Positions 25,798 to 35,612 of a DNA stretch of 48,464 nucleotides are shown here, piece after piece. Location of the stretch: the NCBI GenBank assembly GCA_023412755.1, contig JAEZCB010000091.1, positions 1 to 48,464 of the forward strand, given 5' to 3'. The notes under the pieces were generated by a model. The model did not search any database and had not been told where the DNA came from. It was given only the letters and a program-made list of their open reading frames with translations. Both the position numbers and the translations under genes were made by a program. This DNA is from Bacteroidota bacterium. Its GTDB lineage: Bacteria; Bacteroidota; Bacteroidia; Flavobacteriales_F; PHOS-HE28. Every line of letters starts with the position of its first letter. The first letter of the stretch is position 1.

Positions 25798-28374
25798 TCA
25801 AGATCCCCCCATCCCCGGCCCCGCCTCAACCCCTTGGTTCAGGTGCGCCATCAGCGCAGCTTCATTCGGGACCATAACGCGCCGCGCCTTGGAACCTTCG
25901 AAGGGGCCGAGTATGCCGGCGGCCTCCAATTGATCCACGATGCGGCCAGCGCGGTTGTAGCCGAGCTTCAGTTTGCGCTGGATCAATGAAGTGGAACCCT
26001 GCTGCGTTTGTACCACGAGTTTGGCGGCCTCCTCGAACATGCTGTCGCGTTCGCCACTGTCCAGTTCCACACCCTCGCCTTCTTCGGTAGGCACATCGGG
26101 GAGGATGAGTGCTTCGGGATAGCCGCGCTGCCCGCCGATGAATTCGGTGATGGTGTCCACCTCCGGGGTATCCACGAATGCGCACTGGATGCGGATCAGG
26201 TCATTGCCGGTGCTCAGGAGCATATCTCCGCGGCCGATGAGTTGTTCGGCACCGCCGGCATCGAGGATGGTTCGGCTGTCGATCTTGCTGGTGACGCGGA
26301 AGGCGATGCGCGCAGGGAAGTTCGCCTTGATCGTGCCGGTTATGATGTTCACGCTCGGGCGTTGCGTGGCGATGATCAGGTGGATGCCGATGGCGCGGGC
26401 CAATTGCGCCAGTCGTGCGATCGGTGTCTCCACTTCGCGCCCTGCGGTCATGATCAGATCGGCGAACTCGTCCACCACCAGCACGATGTAGGGGAGGAAG
26501 CGGTGGCCGTTCTCCGGATTCAACCGGCGGCTGATGAATTTGGCGTTGTACTCCTTGATGTTCCGTACCTGCGCATCCTTCAGGAGCTCGTAGCGCTCAT
26601 CCATCTCAATGCACAGGCTGTTGAGCGTGGCAACCACCTTCTTGGTGTCGGTGATGATCGCCTCGCCTTCTCCGGGCAGCTTCGCCAGGAAGTGCCGTTC
26701 GATCTTGTTGAAGAGGGTGAGTTCCACCTTCTTGGGATCGACGAGCACGAACTTGATCTGGCTCGGGTGCTTCTTGTAAAGCAGTGATACCAGGATCGCA
26801 TTCAAGCCAACGGATTTACCCTGACCGGTTGCGCCTGCCATGAGCAGGTGCGGCATCTTGCTCAGGTCGGTGACGAAGGTCTCGTTGCTGATCGTTTTGC
26901 CCAACACGATCGGCAGATCCATGGTGGTGTTCTGGAACTTGTCGCTGGCCACCACCGCGCGCATGCCCACCACCTGTGGTTTACTGTTGGGCACTTCGAT
27001 CCCGATGGTGCCTTTGCCGGGGATCGGAGCGATGATGCGGATGCCCAGTGCCGCAAGGCTCAATGCGATATCATCCTCCAGATTCTTGATCTTGCTGATG
27101 CGCACACCGGCCTTCGGGATGATCTCGTACAGCGTCACCGTTGGACCGATGGTCGCCTTGATCTTGTCTATGCCGATGTTGTAGTGGCCGAGTGTTTCAA
27201 CTATCCGGTCCTTATTCTGCTCCAATTCCTCCTTGGTCACCGTCACTTCACCAGTGCCATGGTCCACCAACAGGTCGATCGGCGGGAATTCGTAGCTGCT
27301 CAGGTCCAGTGTGGGATCGTATTCCCCGAATTCCTTGAGTTTTTCTTCGATCTGGTCGTCGGTAAGTATGGTCTCCTCGGATGTTGCCACCTGCACGCTG
27401 AAGCCTTCATCATCGCTTTCAAGCGAAACAGGTTGCCCGGCGGGGACTTCCTGTGCCACGGGCAGTCCTTCCACTTCCCAGCCGGTTTCCTCTGGATCGC
27501 TCTTCAGTTCCTGCAATGCCTCCAAAGCGATCTCATCGGTCTGTTCTTCCACGGTGGTTACCAAGGTCTCCTCTTCCTCCGTTCCTTCCTCCACCTGTTG
27601 CACGTGCTCCTCTGCGAGGAATTCCCGCGCGGTGATGCTGCGCACCTTGACACCAGCACGGGCGGGAGCGGGTACTTCAGCATCCTCCTCTTCTTCCTGT
27701 GCTCCGGCTTCATCCTCCTTTCGCGTGAACAAAGCGTGCAACCAGGAGAACGATGGATTGAATGTGTAGGTGGTGAAAGCGGCCAACGCGAATACGATCA
27801 AGGCGCCGGTGCCGAAGTTGCCCAGCAGCCCGGAGAGATGCTGGCTGATCAAGAAGCCGATGCCTCCGCCAAGGAACATGAATTCGCCCTGGAAGAAAAA
27901 GCCCAGCACGGTGGGCATCCAGACCATGGACATGGCCGTCCAGCCGAAGGTGCGGCGCGGTGGCAGGAGCCAGCTGCCAAGCAGGATGCGGATCCCGAGC
28001 AGAAAACTCCAGAACACCATGGCGAAGGCCGCGATGCCGAACCATTTGTGGATGAACTGGTGTGCGGTGAGCGCGCCGAGTTTGCCCAGCCAGTTCTCCA
28101 CATGCACGTCCGTGCTGAAGATCTCGCTCCAGCTACGGCCGATCAGATCTTGATCCGCACGCCAGGTGAATAGGAAGGAGGTGAACGCTACCAGCAGGTA
28201 GGCCGATGCGAGAATAAGGAACAGGCCCGTCACCTTATGCACGCGTTCATCGGCGAAGAATGCCTTGGCACGCGCCAACGGTCCCAGGCCATCGCCGGCC
28301 GCGGTCTTCGCCTTGCGCTTTTTCGGTGAAGCCTCCTGTTCGTTCCTGATGCGGTTGTTCTTCTCCTTAGCCAA
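25798..28374 (-). CDS. ftsK: DNA translocase FtsK/SpoIIIE
   Basis: N-terminal TM helices, an acidic linker, then the motor domain: Walker A MAGATGQGKS, Walker B-like region LPYIVLVVDEFADL, IHLIIATQRPS, and a C-terminal gamma winged helix (STSLIQRKLKLGYNRAGRIVDQLE). The start is uncertain. TTG at 28374 gives M-AKEKNNRIRNEQEASPKKRKAK, typical of Bacteroidota FtsK, and overlaps the upstream gene by 8 nt. The ATG options at 28431 and 28455 overlap it by 65-89 nt. Confidence 0.9.
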   Translation of the reverse strand: MAKEKNNRIRNEQEASPKKRKAKTAAGDGLGPLARAKAFFADERVHKVTGLFLILASAYLLVAFTSFLFTWRADQDLIGRSWSEIFSTDVHVENWLGKLGALTAHQFIHKWFGIAAFAMVFWSFLLGIRILLGSWLLPPRRTFGWTAMSMVWMPTVLGFFFQGEFMFLGGGIGFLISQHLSGLLGNFGTGALIVFALAAFTTYTFNPSFSWLHALFTRKEDEAGAQEEEEDAEVPAPARAGVKVRSITAREFLAEEHVQQVEEGTEEEETLVTTVEEQTDEIALEALQELKSDPEETGWEVEGLPVAQEVPAGQPVSLESDDEGFSVQVATSEETILTDDQIEEKLKEFGEYDPTLDLSSYEFPPIDLLVDHGTGEVTVTKEELEQNKDRIVETLGHYNIGIDKIKATIGPTVTLYEIIPKAGVRISKIKNLEDDIALSLAALGIRIIAPIPGKGTIGIEVPNSKPQVVGMRAVVASDKFQNTTMDLPIVLGKTISNETFVTDLSKMPHLLMAGATGQGKSVGLNAILVSLLYKKHPSQIKFVLVDPKKVELTLFNKIERHFLAKLPGEGEAIITDTKKVVATLNSLCIEMDERYELLKDAQVRNIKEYNAKFISRRLNPENGHRFLPYIVLVVDEFADLIMTAGREVETPIARLAQLARAIGIHLIIATQRPSVNIITGTIKANFPARIAFRVTSKIDSRTILDAGGAEQLIGRGDMLLSTGNDLIRIQCAFVDTPEVDTITEFIGGQRGYPEALILPDVPTEEGEGVELDSGERDSMFEEAAKLVVQTQQGSTSLIQRKLKLGYNRAGRIVDQLEAAGILGPFEGSKARRVMVPNEAALMAHLNQGVEAGPGMGGS

Positions 28375-29719
28375 TAGCGTTGATCGTTGAGCGAGTTCGC
28401 GGATGATCAAAAGTATCCGGCATAGCAGCATGCTTCCGGTGTGGAAGGCCGCCATTATCAACAGATGTGCTGTGGAAAGGTGCGGCTTCAGCGGGTGCTG
28501 GAACCTTCGCCGGCAAGCCTGGTGTCCGTTGCCCGGATAAGTACACTACGAACAGGACCAGCAGGATATTGCTAATGCCAAGCACGCCAAGATCGATCAT
28601 GCGGGCGCTAACGGGTCCCAGGGCATCCTCCCAGTTGCCTCCATACCCAAGGAAAATGAGGATCGCGGGTATCAGCAGGATGGGGTTCCATTGTGTACGC
28701 AGCCTGTGCATGAGCCAGAGTACCAACGGCAGGGAAAGGATGAAGTGCTGGGTATCGGTAAGGGTGAGGTTGGGCACCAGCGCGATGAGTATGAGGTATT
28801 CCAGTATGAAATGACCTTGCTCCCCCCGGTCCCTTTCCCTCCGCATGTGGCGCAGAACGAGTAGTGCGAAGAGAAATGCGATCAACGAGAGGATGAAGTA
28901 GGGCAGCCTGGCATGCGCCTCCATGAAGGGGGAAAGGAACACGCGGTGAATGAAAGTGTAGATGGTGTTCACAGCTTCGTGTCCAGTCCCTTGGATGTGT
29001 ATGAGCGAGGCATTGTGCATGGACATTTGCCGGAACCATTCCAGATGCTCGTTGAAATTCCTTTCCCAGCCCAGCACCAGGGCCGGTAGCACCAGGCCGG
29101 CAGCAACGGTAAGCAGGGTGAAGCCGAGGTACCGCCAGCTTGTACGCATGATCAACAACGGTATGATCAGCAGGAAATGGGGTTTGGCGATCACCGCCAT
29201 GCCCAGCAGGATGCCCGCCAGTGGCCAATGTCCTTTCAGCGCATGATGGAGTGAAAAGAGCAACACACACAATAGAATGATGTTGATGTTGCCCAGGTGG
29301 AGTTCCCGGTGCAGATGCACCACTGTGATCAAGGCCGTGATGAGCAGGGGCGTTACATGCATTCTGGACCCAGGCAAAAGGTGCTCGCGGATGATGCGAT
29401 CGGCCAGCAATACAGCCATAATGAACGCGATGATGATGCACCAGAAATGGATGCTTGCGGCCAGCGTATGCGGTAGCAATGCATGCGGCACAAAGAGCAG
29501 TGCCATCAAGGGCGAATACTTGAAGATCCCGGAATCCAGTCCGTGGGAGATGCCATACAGCGGCTCTCCTTTCAACAGGGATCCTGCGGCACCGATATAG
29601 ACCTGCAGGTCATGCAGCCAGAAACGTCCGTTGATCAGCTCGGCCAGATGGATCGCTATGCCGAGCAGGATGACCACCAGGCCGAAGATCCGAACTGCCC
29701 GGTGCATGGGTGGCAGCAT
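28367..29719 (-). CDS. Polytopic membrane glycosyltransferase, GT87/DUF2029-like
   Basis: The track start 29731 is TTG; ATGs lie at 29719 and 29707. It has about 10 TM helices. GIFKYSPLMALLFVP in the first loop region matches the DUF2029/GT87 pattern (from memory). The C-terminal ~55 aa are low-complexity and overlap possible ftsK starts. Confidence 0.6.
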   Translation of the reverse strand: MLPPMHRAVRIFGLVVILLGIAIHLAELINGRFWLHDLQVYIGAAGSLLKGEPLYGISHGLDSGIFKYSPLMALLFVPHALLPHTLAASIHFWCIIIAFIMAVLLADRIIREHLLPGSRMHVTPLLITALITVVHLHRELHLGNINIILLCVLLFSLHHALKGHWPLAGILLGMAVIAKPHFLLIIPLLIMRTSWRYLGFTLLTVAAGLVLPALVLGWERNFNEHLEWFRQMSMHNASLIHIQGTGHEAVNTIYTFIHRVFLSPFMEAHARLPYFILSLIAFLFALLVLRHMRRERDRGEQGHFILEYLILIALVPNLTLTDTQHFILSLPLVLWLMHRLRTQWNPILLIPAILIFLGYGGNWEDALGPVSARMIDLGVLGISNILLVLFVVYLSGQRTPGLPAKVPAPAEAAPFHSTSVDNGGLPHRKHAAMPDTFDHPRTRSTINAIG

Positions 29720-29727
29720 GGGCCGTA

Positions 29728-30114
29728 TCAATGCATGGTGCGATCCACCTCCTTCACGATCCGGCCATTCTCGTAATGGAGTTCGCGGTATACCTGACCA
29801 TCCGGAGCATAGTCGTAATGGATGCCATGTTCAACGCCGTTCTGCCAATTCTCCACGTACTTCTTGGTGCCGTTCTCGTAGTAGTAGACCCATTCACCAT
29901 GCTCCACACCGTTCTCGAATTTCCCGACATACTCGAGTTTGCCGTTGGGGTAATAGACCTTCTCCATCACTTTCACCGCCTGCTCGCCCTTGCCCTTCAT
30001 GTAGATGACCACCTCCGGCTTGCCATTGGGATGTGAGGCCGCCACGTATCTCTTGGTGGAACAGGCGAAAAGGAAGAGACAGAAGAGCAGGAGGATCGCT
30101 TTCAGCGGTGCCAT
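29728..30114 (-). CDS. MORN-repeat-variant lipoprotein (YwqK-family-like)
   Basis: ATG at 30114. MAPLKAILLLFCLFLFACS (lipobox). Then repeats YYPNGKLEYVGKFENGVEHGEWVYYYENGTKKYVENWQNGVEHGIHYDYAPDGQV. Confidence 0.75.
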   Translation of the reverse strand: MAPLKAILLLFCLFLFACSTKRYVAASHPNGKPEVVIYMKGKGEQAVKVMEKVYYPNGKLEYVGKFENGVEHGEWVYYYENGTKKYVENWQNGVEHGIHYDYAPDGQVYRELHYENGRIVKEVDRTMH

Positions 30115-30155
30115 GGCCGGGCTAAATTAGAGGAAAGCGCGGATCCCGTATCCGG

Positions 30156-32678
30156 CTAGAACCACGCTATCAGCTTCAGGTTGAATCGCCTGGGGGTAAG
30201 CAAGTCCGGTACGGAGTAGTAGCGGCCACTAACGTCGGTGACCCAGGTGTGGTCTATGGTGTTGTTGATGTTGAGCAGGTTGAACACCTCGAAGCTCACC
30301 CACATGCTGTTGATGTGCCGCAGAAAGTTGGTCTTCTCCTGTCCGGCCGCTCCGAGCAGCTGTTTGCTGAAGCCGATGTCCACCCGGCGATAAAGGCTGG
30401 TGCGCAACGTGTCGCTGTACCGGTCGAAGTTCGGCGGCCCGAATGGCAGGCCTGTACCGAAGGCGAGGCTGAGATGCACTTTGAAGGTAGGCCAGCGGGG
30501 CATTTCATCCTGGAAGAACAAGGCCACATTCACCCGCTGGTCCGTGGGTCTCGGTATGCGGCCCGGTTCCACACGCACACTGTCCACCGCCACCTGATCG
30601 AAAGTGTACCCCTCGAAGATCTGCTGGCCGGCCGCATTGTAACGCAGGTAATAGAAGTCGTCCAAAACATCTTCCTGAATGGTCATCACACTGGCACCCA
30701 CCCAGCTTTCGATGCCTTCGATGAACTCGCCGTTCAGCTTCATATCCAATCCGGTTGCGAAGCCTTTGGCGCTGTTGGTACCGTAATAACGGATCCTGAT
30801 GTTGTCCACCTCATACGGGATGAGGTCATCCATGTGTTTGTAATAGAGTTCGGTGGTGAGTTTGAACGGGCGATCCCAGATGGTGAAACGCCTATCCATG
30901 CCAAGGAGGAAGTGGATGCTGCGCTGGGCCCTGATATCCGCGTTCAATGTGCCATCCATGCGGCGCACTTCGCGGTAGAAAGGAGGTTGATAGTAGATGC
31001 CGGTGGCCGCCCAGAAGCTGTAGTCCAACGCGACCGTGTCACCTTCGGATGTCGTTTTCTTCCATCCTGGATGGTAGGTCACACGTAACCTTGGACTGGC
31101 CACCAGCTGGCCGTTGAAACTCCAATACTGCGCACGTGCACCGGCGATCAAGGACCACCAGCGGTCCTCACCGGACTCCCACCGCCAGGAGTTCTGCACA
31201 AAGGCGGAAGAACGCATGCTTTCCATATTCAGCCGCGTCTTCAGCAGGTAGTTCAACTCCAGATCCTCACCGGTGCTGGTGGGCGTGCTGTAGCCAACAC
31301 TGTCTATCATGGTCCATTCACTGAGCCGGTCGTTGATCATTTCCGTGCGTACATCCGCACCCCATTGGAAATAGCCGCCGCTCCATTCATGGAACCCCTT
31401 GTGGGCCGCGGAATAGACGGTCGCATCCAGCTCATTCCGGGCATGATCCAGGTACCCTCCAATGCCGAGGTTACGAGCCACTTCACCAAACTGGTCGCTG
31501 GCCAGATCGCGATCCAATTCATCCAGCCAATATTGCCCCAGTACATCGAATCGTTCGCTCTCGAAGGTGCGGAAAGCGCTGACAGAGTTCTTCAACAGGG
31601 TGTGTTTGCCCACCTGCGCATTCAGGCTGATCGCTCCGAAGTAGGTCTGGAACTGTGTCACTTCCTGCCCATCGAAATACATGGTGAAACGGAGTGCCTG
31701 GTTGAAGGTGCCGAACTCTGTTTCCCGGCTTTGGGGGATCATGCCATAACGGTTGCTCGAATACAAGCCAAGGAATCCCAGTTCCAGGGAAGGGGTGAGG
31801 TCGTAGGTCCAATAACTCTGCAGATCGGTATATACCGGGCGGTACTCTCCCTGGGTATCGAGACCCTGGAGAAGCAATTGATTCACCCGGTGCCGGAAAC
31901 CGGTGATCTGGCGCAGCCTCTTTTTGAACATGGCGTCCTCCACATGCACCGCACCTCCCATCAAACTCATCATGGCACTTCCGGCGAAGGCCTTCGGGCG
32001 CTTGTACTGGATATCCAGCACGCTGCTCATCTTGTCACCATACCGTGCCTCGAATCCGCCAGCGCTGAATTCCAACCGCTCGATCATGTCCGGATTGGGA
32101 AAGCTGAGGCCTTCTTGTTGACCAGCCCTCACGAGGAATGGACGGTACACTTCGATATCGTTCACGTACACCAGGTTCTCATCGAAGTTGCCGCCACGAA
32201 CGCTGTAGCCACTGGAGAGTTCATTGCGCATCATTACGCCGATCTGCCCTTGCAACAGCGATTCCACGCCACCCAGGGGGGAGGGATTGAAGCGCGTGAG
32301 CCGCGGGTCGATGGTCTCCACCCCACGTTCACGTTGCCGCTGGCTTCCTTCCACCACCACGGTCCCCAGCGTCCTCAGCCGCAGGGTAACGTTCATGGTG
32401 CGGGTGGTGCCTTCTTCCAGTTCCACCGTTTCCTCCCAAGGGTCCAACCCAGTGTGGCTGAACCGAACGGTAACTGGCCTTCCTGCGGGGATCTCCAGCC
32501 GGTATTCGCCACGTTCATCCGCTGCCACACCCATGCGTCCATCCAGCATGTAGGCACTGGCCAGAGGCAGCGTATTGCCCAGTTCATCACGTATGATCCC
32601 GCGCAGTATGGCCGTGCCTTGTGCAAGCGTAAGAGCGCTTTGCAAGATCAATATGGTGGCCAGCAGCCCTTTGCGCAT
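30156..32678 (-). CDS. TonB-dependent receptor with an N-terminal CarboxypepD_reg domain
   Basis: The track ORF reaches 32867. The ATG at 32678 gives the signal peptide MRKGLLATILILQSALTLAQG. Then ILRGIIRDELGNTLPLASAYM...YRLEIPAGRPVTVRFSHTGL (CarboxypepD_reg), a plug region (ERLEFSAGGFEARYGDKMSSVLDI), and the terminal barrel strand RRFNLKLIAWF. Confidence 0.85.
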   Translation of the reverse strand: MRKGLLATILILQSALTLAQGTAILRGIIRDELGNTLPLASAYMLDGRMGVAADERGEYRLEIPAGRPVTVRFSHTGLDPWEETVELEEGTTRTMNVTLRLRTLGTVVVEGSQRQRERGVETIDPRLTRFNPSPLGGVESLLQGQIGVMMRNELSSGYSVRGGNFDENLVYVNDIEVYRPFLVRAGQQEGLSFPNPDMIERLEFSAGGFEARYGDKMSSVLDIQYKRPKAFAGSAMMSLMGGAVHVEDAMFKKRLRQITGFRHRVNQLLLQGLDTQGEYRPVYTDLQSYWTYDLTPSLELGFLGLYSSNRYGMIPQSRETEFGTFNQALRFTMYFDGQEVTQFQTYFGAISLNAQVGKHTLLKNSVSAFRTFESERFDVLGQYWLDELDRDLASDQFGEVARNLGIGGYLDHARNELDATVYSAAHKGFHEWSGGYFQWGADVRTEMINDRLSEWTMIDSVGYSTPTSTGEDLELNYLLKTRLNMESMRSSAFVQNSWRWESGEDRWWSLIAGARAQYWSFNGQLVASPRLRVTYHPGWKKTTSEGDTVALDYSFWAATGIYYQPPFYREVRRMDGTLNADIRAQRSIHFLLGMDRRFTIWDRPFKLTTELYYKHMDDLIPYEVDNIRIRYYGTNSAKGFATGLDMKLNGEFIEGIESWVGASVMTIQEDVLDDFYYLRYNAAGQQIFEGYTFDQVAVDSVRVEPGRIPRPTDQRVNVALFFQDEMPRWPTFKVHLSLAFGTGLPFGPPNFDRYSDTLRTSLYRRVDIGFSKQLLGAAGQEKTNFLRHINSMWVSFEVFNLLNINNTIDHTWVTDVSGRYYSVPDLLTPRRFNLKLIAWF

Positions 32679-32739
32679 CCGGAGAAAGTGGTGGGATAAC
32701 GGAGCGTTGGGTCGTGAATTATAGTGGACCGGTAAAGCT

Positions 32740-33024
32740 TCAGCCAAGTGCCTCGGAAATGCTGCCTGGCAGCGAGTGGGGGCCGGCGAAATGTTCAAGG
32801 ACCAGAATGCCCTTACCGGCACAGATATGCTTGAGGCGCTGGCGCGGCTCGTCCTCCACGCCTCCACCGATCACCAGCAGCTTGGCCATGCCACTATTCA
32901 GGCGATCGGTCAACTTTTCCTCATCCATGAAACCTTCCGCTTCCATGCCCGCCGCAGCGAGTTGTTGGCCCACCAGGGCCATCATGGAGGCATTCCGGCC
33001 GAAATAAAAGATACCACCTTGCAT
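32740..33024 (-). CDS. Hypothetical small protein (94 aa)
   Basis: ATG at 33024. It ends 61 nt upstream of the TonB receptor start on the same strand. Composition is protein-like (KLLVIGGGVEDEPRQRLKHICAGKGILVLEH). No family recognised. Confidence 0.45.
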   Translation of the reverse strand: MQGGIFYFGRNASMMALVGQQLAAAGMEAEGFMDEEKLTDRLNSGMAKLLVIGGGVEDEPRQRLKHICAGKGILVLEHFAGPHSLPGSISEALG

Positions 33025-33105
33025 GGGGCCGAAAATACAAGGAAGGGTTGGTAGGGGACCAGATCTGTTGCTGGCGCAGCTGATCTGATCCCCGCCGGGG
33101 AGCGT

Positions 33106-34737
33106 TCAGGGCAATTGCTGCGTTCTGGAAGCCGTAGGTATGATCCCCCCGATGCCTGAAAGAATGTGGTCCCTATCATTATCTGGACCGGTGTAGCGCA
33201 CCACCCCATCCAGGTCGGCATCTTCCATATGATATCCGGGAACGCCTGCTGTGGGTATTATGCCGCCTATGCGTTGCAGGATCGTGTCACGGTCATTGCT
33301 GGATCCCGTGTACCGCAGCTGTCCATCACCATTGGTGTCGCCGCTCCATAAGCAGGCTATGCCACCACTGATCTTACGGGCACCGGTACCATAAGTACCT
33401 GTCACTGGATCCGAAAGGTCGAGCAACTGCATGCCACCGTGCAACTGCATGGGCGAAGCGGTCATCACACCCAAATGATTACGATGCCTTGCCGCCACGA
33501 AATATCCGCCAGCAGGTACATCGAAATAAGTAGGATCGCCGTTGGGGGCCACCACCATGCCATTCCGCAAGAGCAGACCATTTGAAGTGCGGATCACGTT
33601 CGTGGGGTCGTTGGCGGAGCGAAGTTGGATGAGCACCCAATCCACAATAGCTTCAGGACCGGATAAAGCCAGCAGATCAATGTCCATTTGCTGTCCTGGA
33701 GCATCCGTATCGAACCCGGCCGCGGTATATGGTTCCGAAGCTGGTAGCAGTCCGTTGGATCGGAGATCATCCCGCATAAGACCGGTGCCTGCTTCGTAGG
33801 CGCCATCCAGGAACAGCTTCACATCCACACGAACACGAATGGGTGGACAATCGGAGAGAATGGATTGTGCGGAGATCCCGGAGGATGTGGCGATCAACGA
33901 GGAGAATTGTGCTCCAGCCTGCTCATCATCCTTCAAGTAGCGATCAAGCCAAAGCAGGGTATAGGAGTGTGCGATGGCCTGTTGTCCTGGTCTGCCCAGG
34001 CTGCCACCTCCCCCGCAGGTGAACTGCCCGAACTCACAGTTGAAATTGGAGTTGGCGAAATTGCAATGCCCTCCATTGGTGATGTTGATGAAAGCCTTGC
34101 ACCCCGATGGCACCGCATTGTACATGGGCAACTGGTTGGTTGCAGCGGGGGTAACACAATCCTGGCTTCCGGCGAAAACAAGTACGGGCTTGTCCAGGGT
34201 ACCAGCCGCAGCAATGGCAGAGGGATTCGTTTCAGCAGCAGCATAGTTGACCACCGTTGTCACCAGCGGCGATGAGGCACCATGAAAGGATGCACCGCCA
34301 CCCATGCTATGGCCCATGATCGCTGCCGTGCTGGCCACCCTGTTGAAGAAGGGAGATCCGGGATCGGTGCCGCGCTGTTGCATGGCCCCGATCACGTAGG
34401 CAAGGTCGAGGCCGAGTTCATTGTGGCTGGGGGAGAAACCGCCTTCCGTTGTGGGCAGTACCATGATGTATCCCTGTGGAACGAACGCCTGCCACATATT
34501 GGCATAAGAACCCACACCCATTACGAATCCATGGCCGAAGGCGAGTATGGGGAAAATACCATCGGCCACCGGCTGGGCAGCACCGGCATTGGTCGCCGGA
34601 TAGTATACCTCGCATGGTATGGACCTGCCGTTACGCGAAGGATCATTGAAAGTGATATTGACCGATCCGATCGCGAAGGGTTGGGCCATGGTCGGTAGAA
34701 AAAGACCTGCGGCGATGATCAAGATGGACGTTCTCAT
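33106..34737 (-). CDS. Secreted alpha/beta-hydrolase, PETase/cutinase/dienelactone-hydrolase-like serine esterase, with a ~246-aa C-terminal dockerin-like module
   Basis: The ATG at 34737 gives MRTSILIIAAGLFLPTMAQP. Nucleophile elbow IMGHSMGGGAS (Ser codon 34306-34308). Asp in VFAGSQDCVTP (34159-34161). His in NGGHCNFAN (34066-34068). The C-terminal module 33109..33846 is paralogous to 15705..16451. Confidence 0.75.
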   Translation of the reverse strand: MRTSILIIAAGLFLPTMAQPFAIGSVNITFNDPSRNGRSIPCEVYYPATNAGAAQPVADGIFPILAFGHGFVMGVGSYANMWQAFVPQGYIMVLPTTEGGFSPSHNELGLDLAYVIGAMQQRGTDPGSPFFNRVASTAAIMGHSMGGGASFHGASSPLVTTVVNYAAAETNPSAIAAAGTLDKPVLVFAGSQDCVTPAATNQLPMYNAVPSGCKAFINITNGGHCNFANSNFNCEFGQFTCGGGGSLGRPGQQAIAHSYTLLWLDRYLKDDEQAGAQFSSLIATSSGISAQSILSDCPPIRVRVDVKLFLDGAYEAGTGLMRDDLRSNGLLPASEPYTAAGFDTDAPGQQMDIDLLALSGPEAIVDWVLIQLRSANDPTNVIRTSNGLLLRNGMVVAPNGDPTYFDVPAGGYFVAARHRNHLGVMTASPMQLHGGMQLLDLSDPVTGTYGTGARKISGGIACLWSGDTNGDGQLRYTGSSNDRDTILQRIGGIIPTAGVPGYHMEDADLDGVVRYTGPDNDRDHILSGIGGIIPTASRTQQLP

Positions 34738-34820
34738 GGCGATGTGCATTGATAGTAACAGATCAACAGGATCGTTGTTCAGCATACAAGCATAGGATGA
34801 ACATACGATCTTCGCGGACA

Positions 34821-35612
34821 ATGACACAGGATCCACGTGCCGAAGCCTTCCTGCGGCTACTAAAGATCATGGATGAATTGCGCGAGCAATGTCCGTGGGA
34901 TCGCAAGCAGACCATGGAAACACTGCGGCCTTTGACGATCGAGGAGACCTATGAACTCGGTGATGCCATTCTGCGGGATGATCTTTCCGAGGTGAAGAAG
35001 GAATTGGGCGATCTGCTCCTGCACATGGTCTTCTATGCCCGGATAGGCAAGGAGAAAGGGGCCTTCGATATCACGGATGTGCTGGATGGCATCTGCGAGA
35101 AGCTCATCCATCGGCATCCGCACATCTATGGGGATGTGAAGGTGCAGGACGAGGAAGAGGTGAAGGCGAATTGGGAAAAGATCAAACTGGCCGAAAAAGC
35201 ACGTGGCTCAGGCAAGGAGATCAGCGTTCTGGAAGGAGTGCCCCGCGGTCTGCCGTCCCTTGTGAAGGCCATACGCATTCAGGACAAGGCGCGCGGTGTG
35301 GGTTTCGATTGGGAAGACCGGGAACAAGTATGGGAGAAAGTGCATGAGGAACTGCGGGAATTGAAGCATGAAGTGGACACCGGGACGGACCGGCAGGCCG
35401 AAGAGCTGGGTGATGTGCTTTTCAGCATGGTCAATTATGCACGCTTTCTAGGAGTGGATCCGGATGAAGCCCTGGAGCGCACCAACCGGAAATTCATTGC
35501 GCGCTTCCAGCATATGGAGAAGGCCATCCGCAGCGCTGGCAGATCCATGGGGGAGATGGACCTGGAGGAAATGGATCTTTACTGGAATAAGGCCAAAGAG
35601 AGCGATCCGTGA
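34821..35612 (+). CDS. mazG: Nucleoside triphosphate pyrophosphohydrolase MazG (tandem MazG domains)
   Basis: The ATG at 34821 gives MTQDPRAEAFLRLLKIMDELREQCPWDRKQT. The EETYELGDAI...ELGDLLLHMVF motif is repeated as EELRELKHEV...ELGDVLFSMVNYAR. Confidence 0.9.
   Translation: MTQDPRAEAFLRLLKIMDELREQCPWDRKQTMETLRPLTIEETYELGDAILRDDLSEVKKELGDLLLHMVFYARIGKEKGAFDITDVLDGICEKLIHRHPHIYGDVKVQDEEEVKANWEKIKLAEKARGSGKEISVLEGVPRGLPSLVKAIRIQDKARGVGFDWEDREQVWEKVHEELRELKHEVDTGTDRQAEELGDVLFSMVNYARFLGVDPDEALERTNRKFIARFQHMEKAIRSAGRSMGEMDLEEMDLYWNKAKESDP

Noticed and set aside
32679-32867. N-terminal extensions of track ORFs. Examples: the TonB receptor to 32867, the CapD-like gene to 6737, the esterase to 34836, mazG from 34749, the OmpA lipoprotein from 22910, and the 37009 start of the LTXXQ gene.
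   Set aside because: The extensions overlap neighbouring genes or use TTG/GTG codons. They precede an internal ATG that is immediately followed by a proper signal peptide or a conserved N-terminus.
32679-33105. A possible cobalamin or other riboswitch leader upstream of the TonB-dependent receptor.
   Set aside because: Most of the interval is filled by a plausible 94-aa ORF with protein-like composition. I could not find a B12-box-like element or extended conserved stems.
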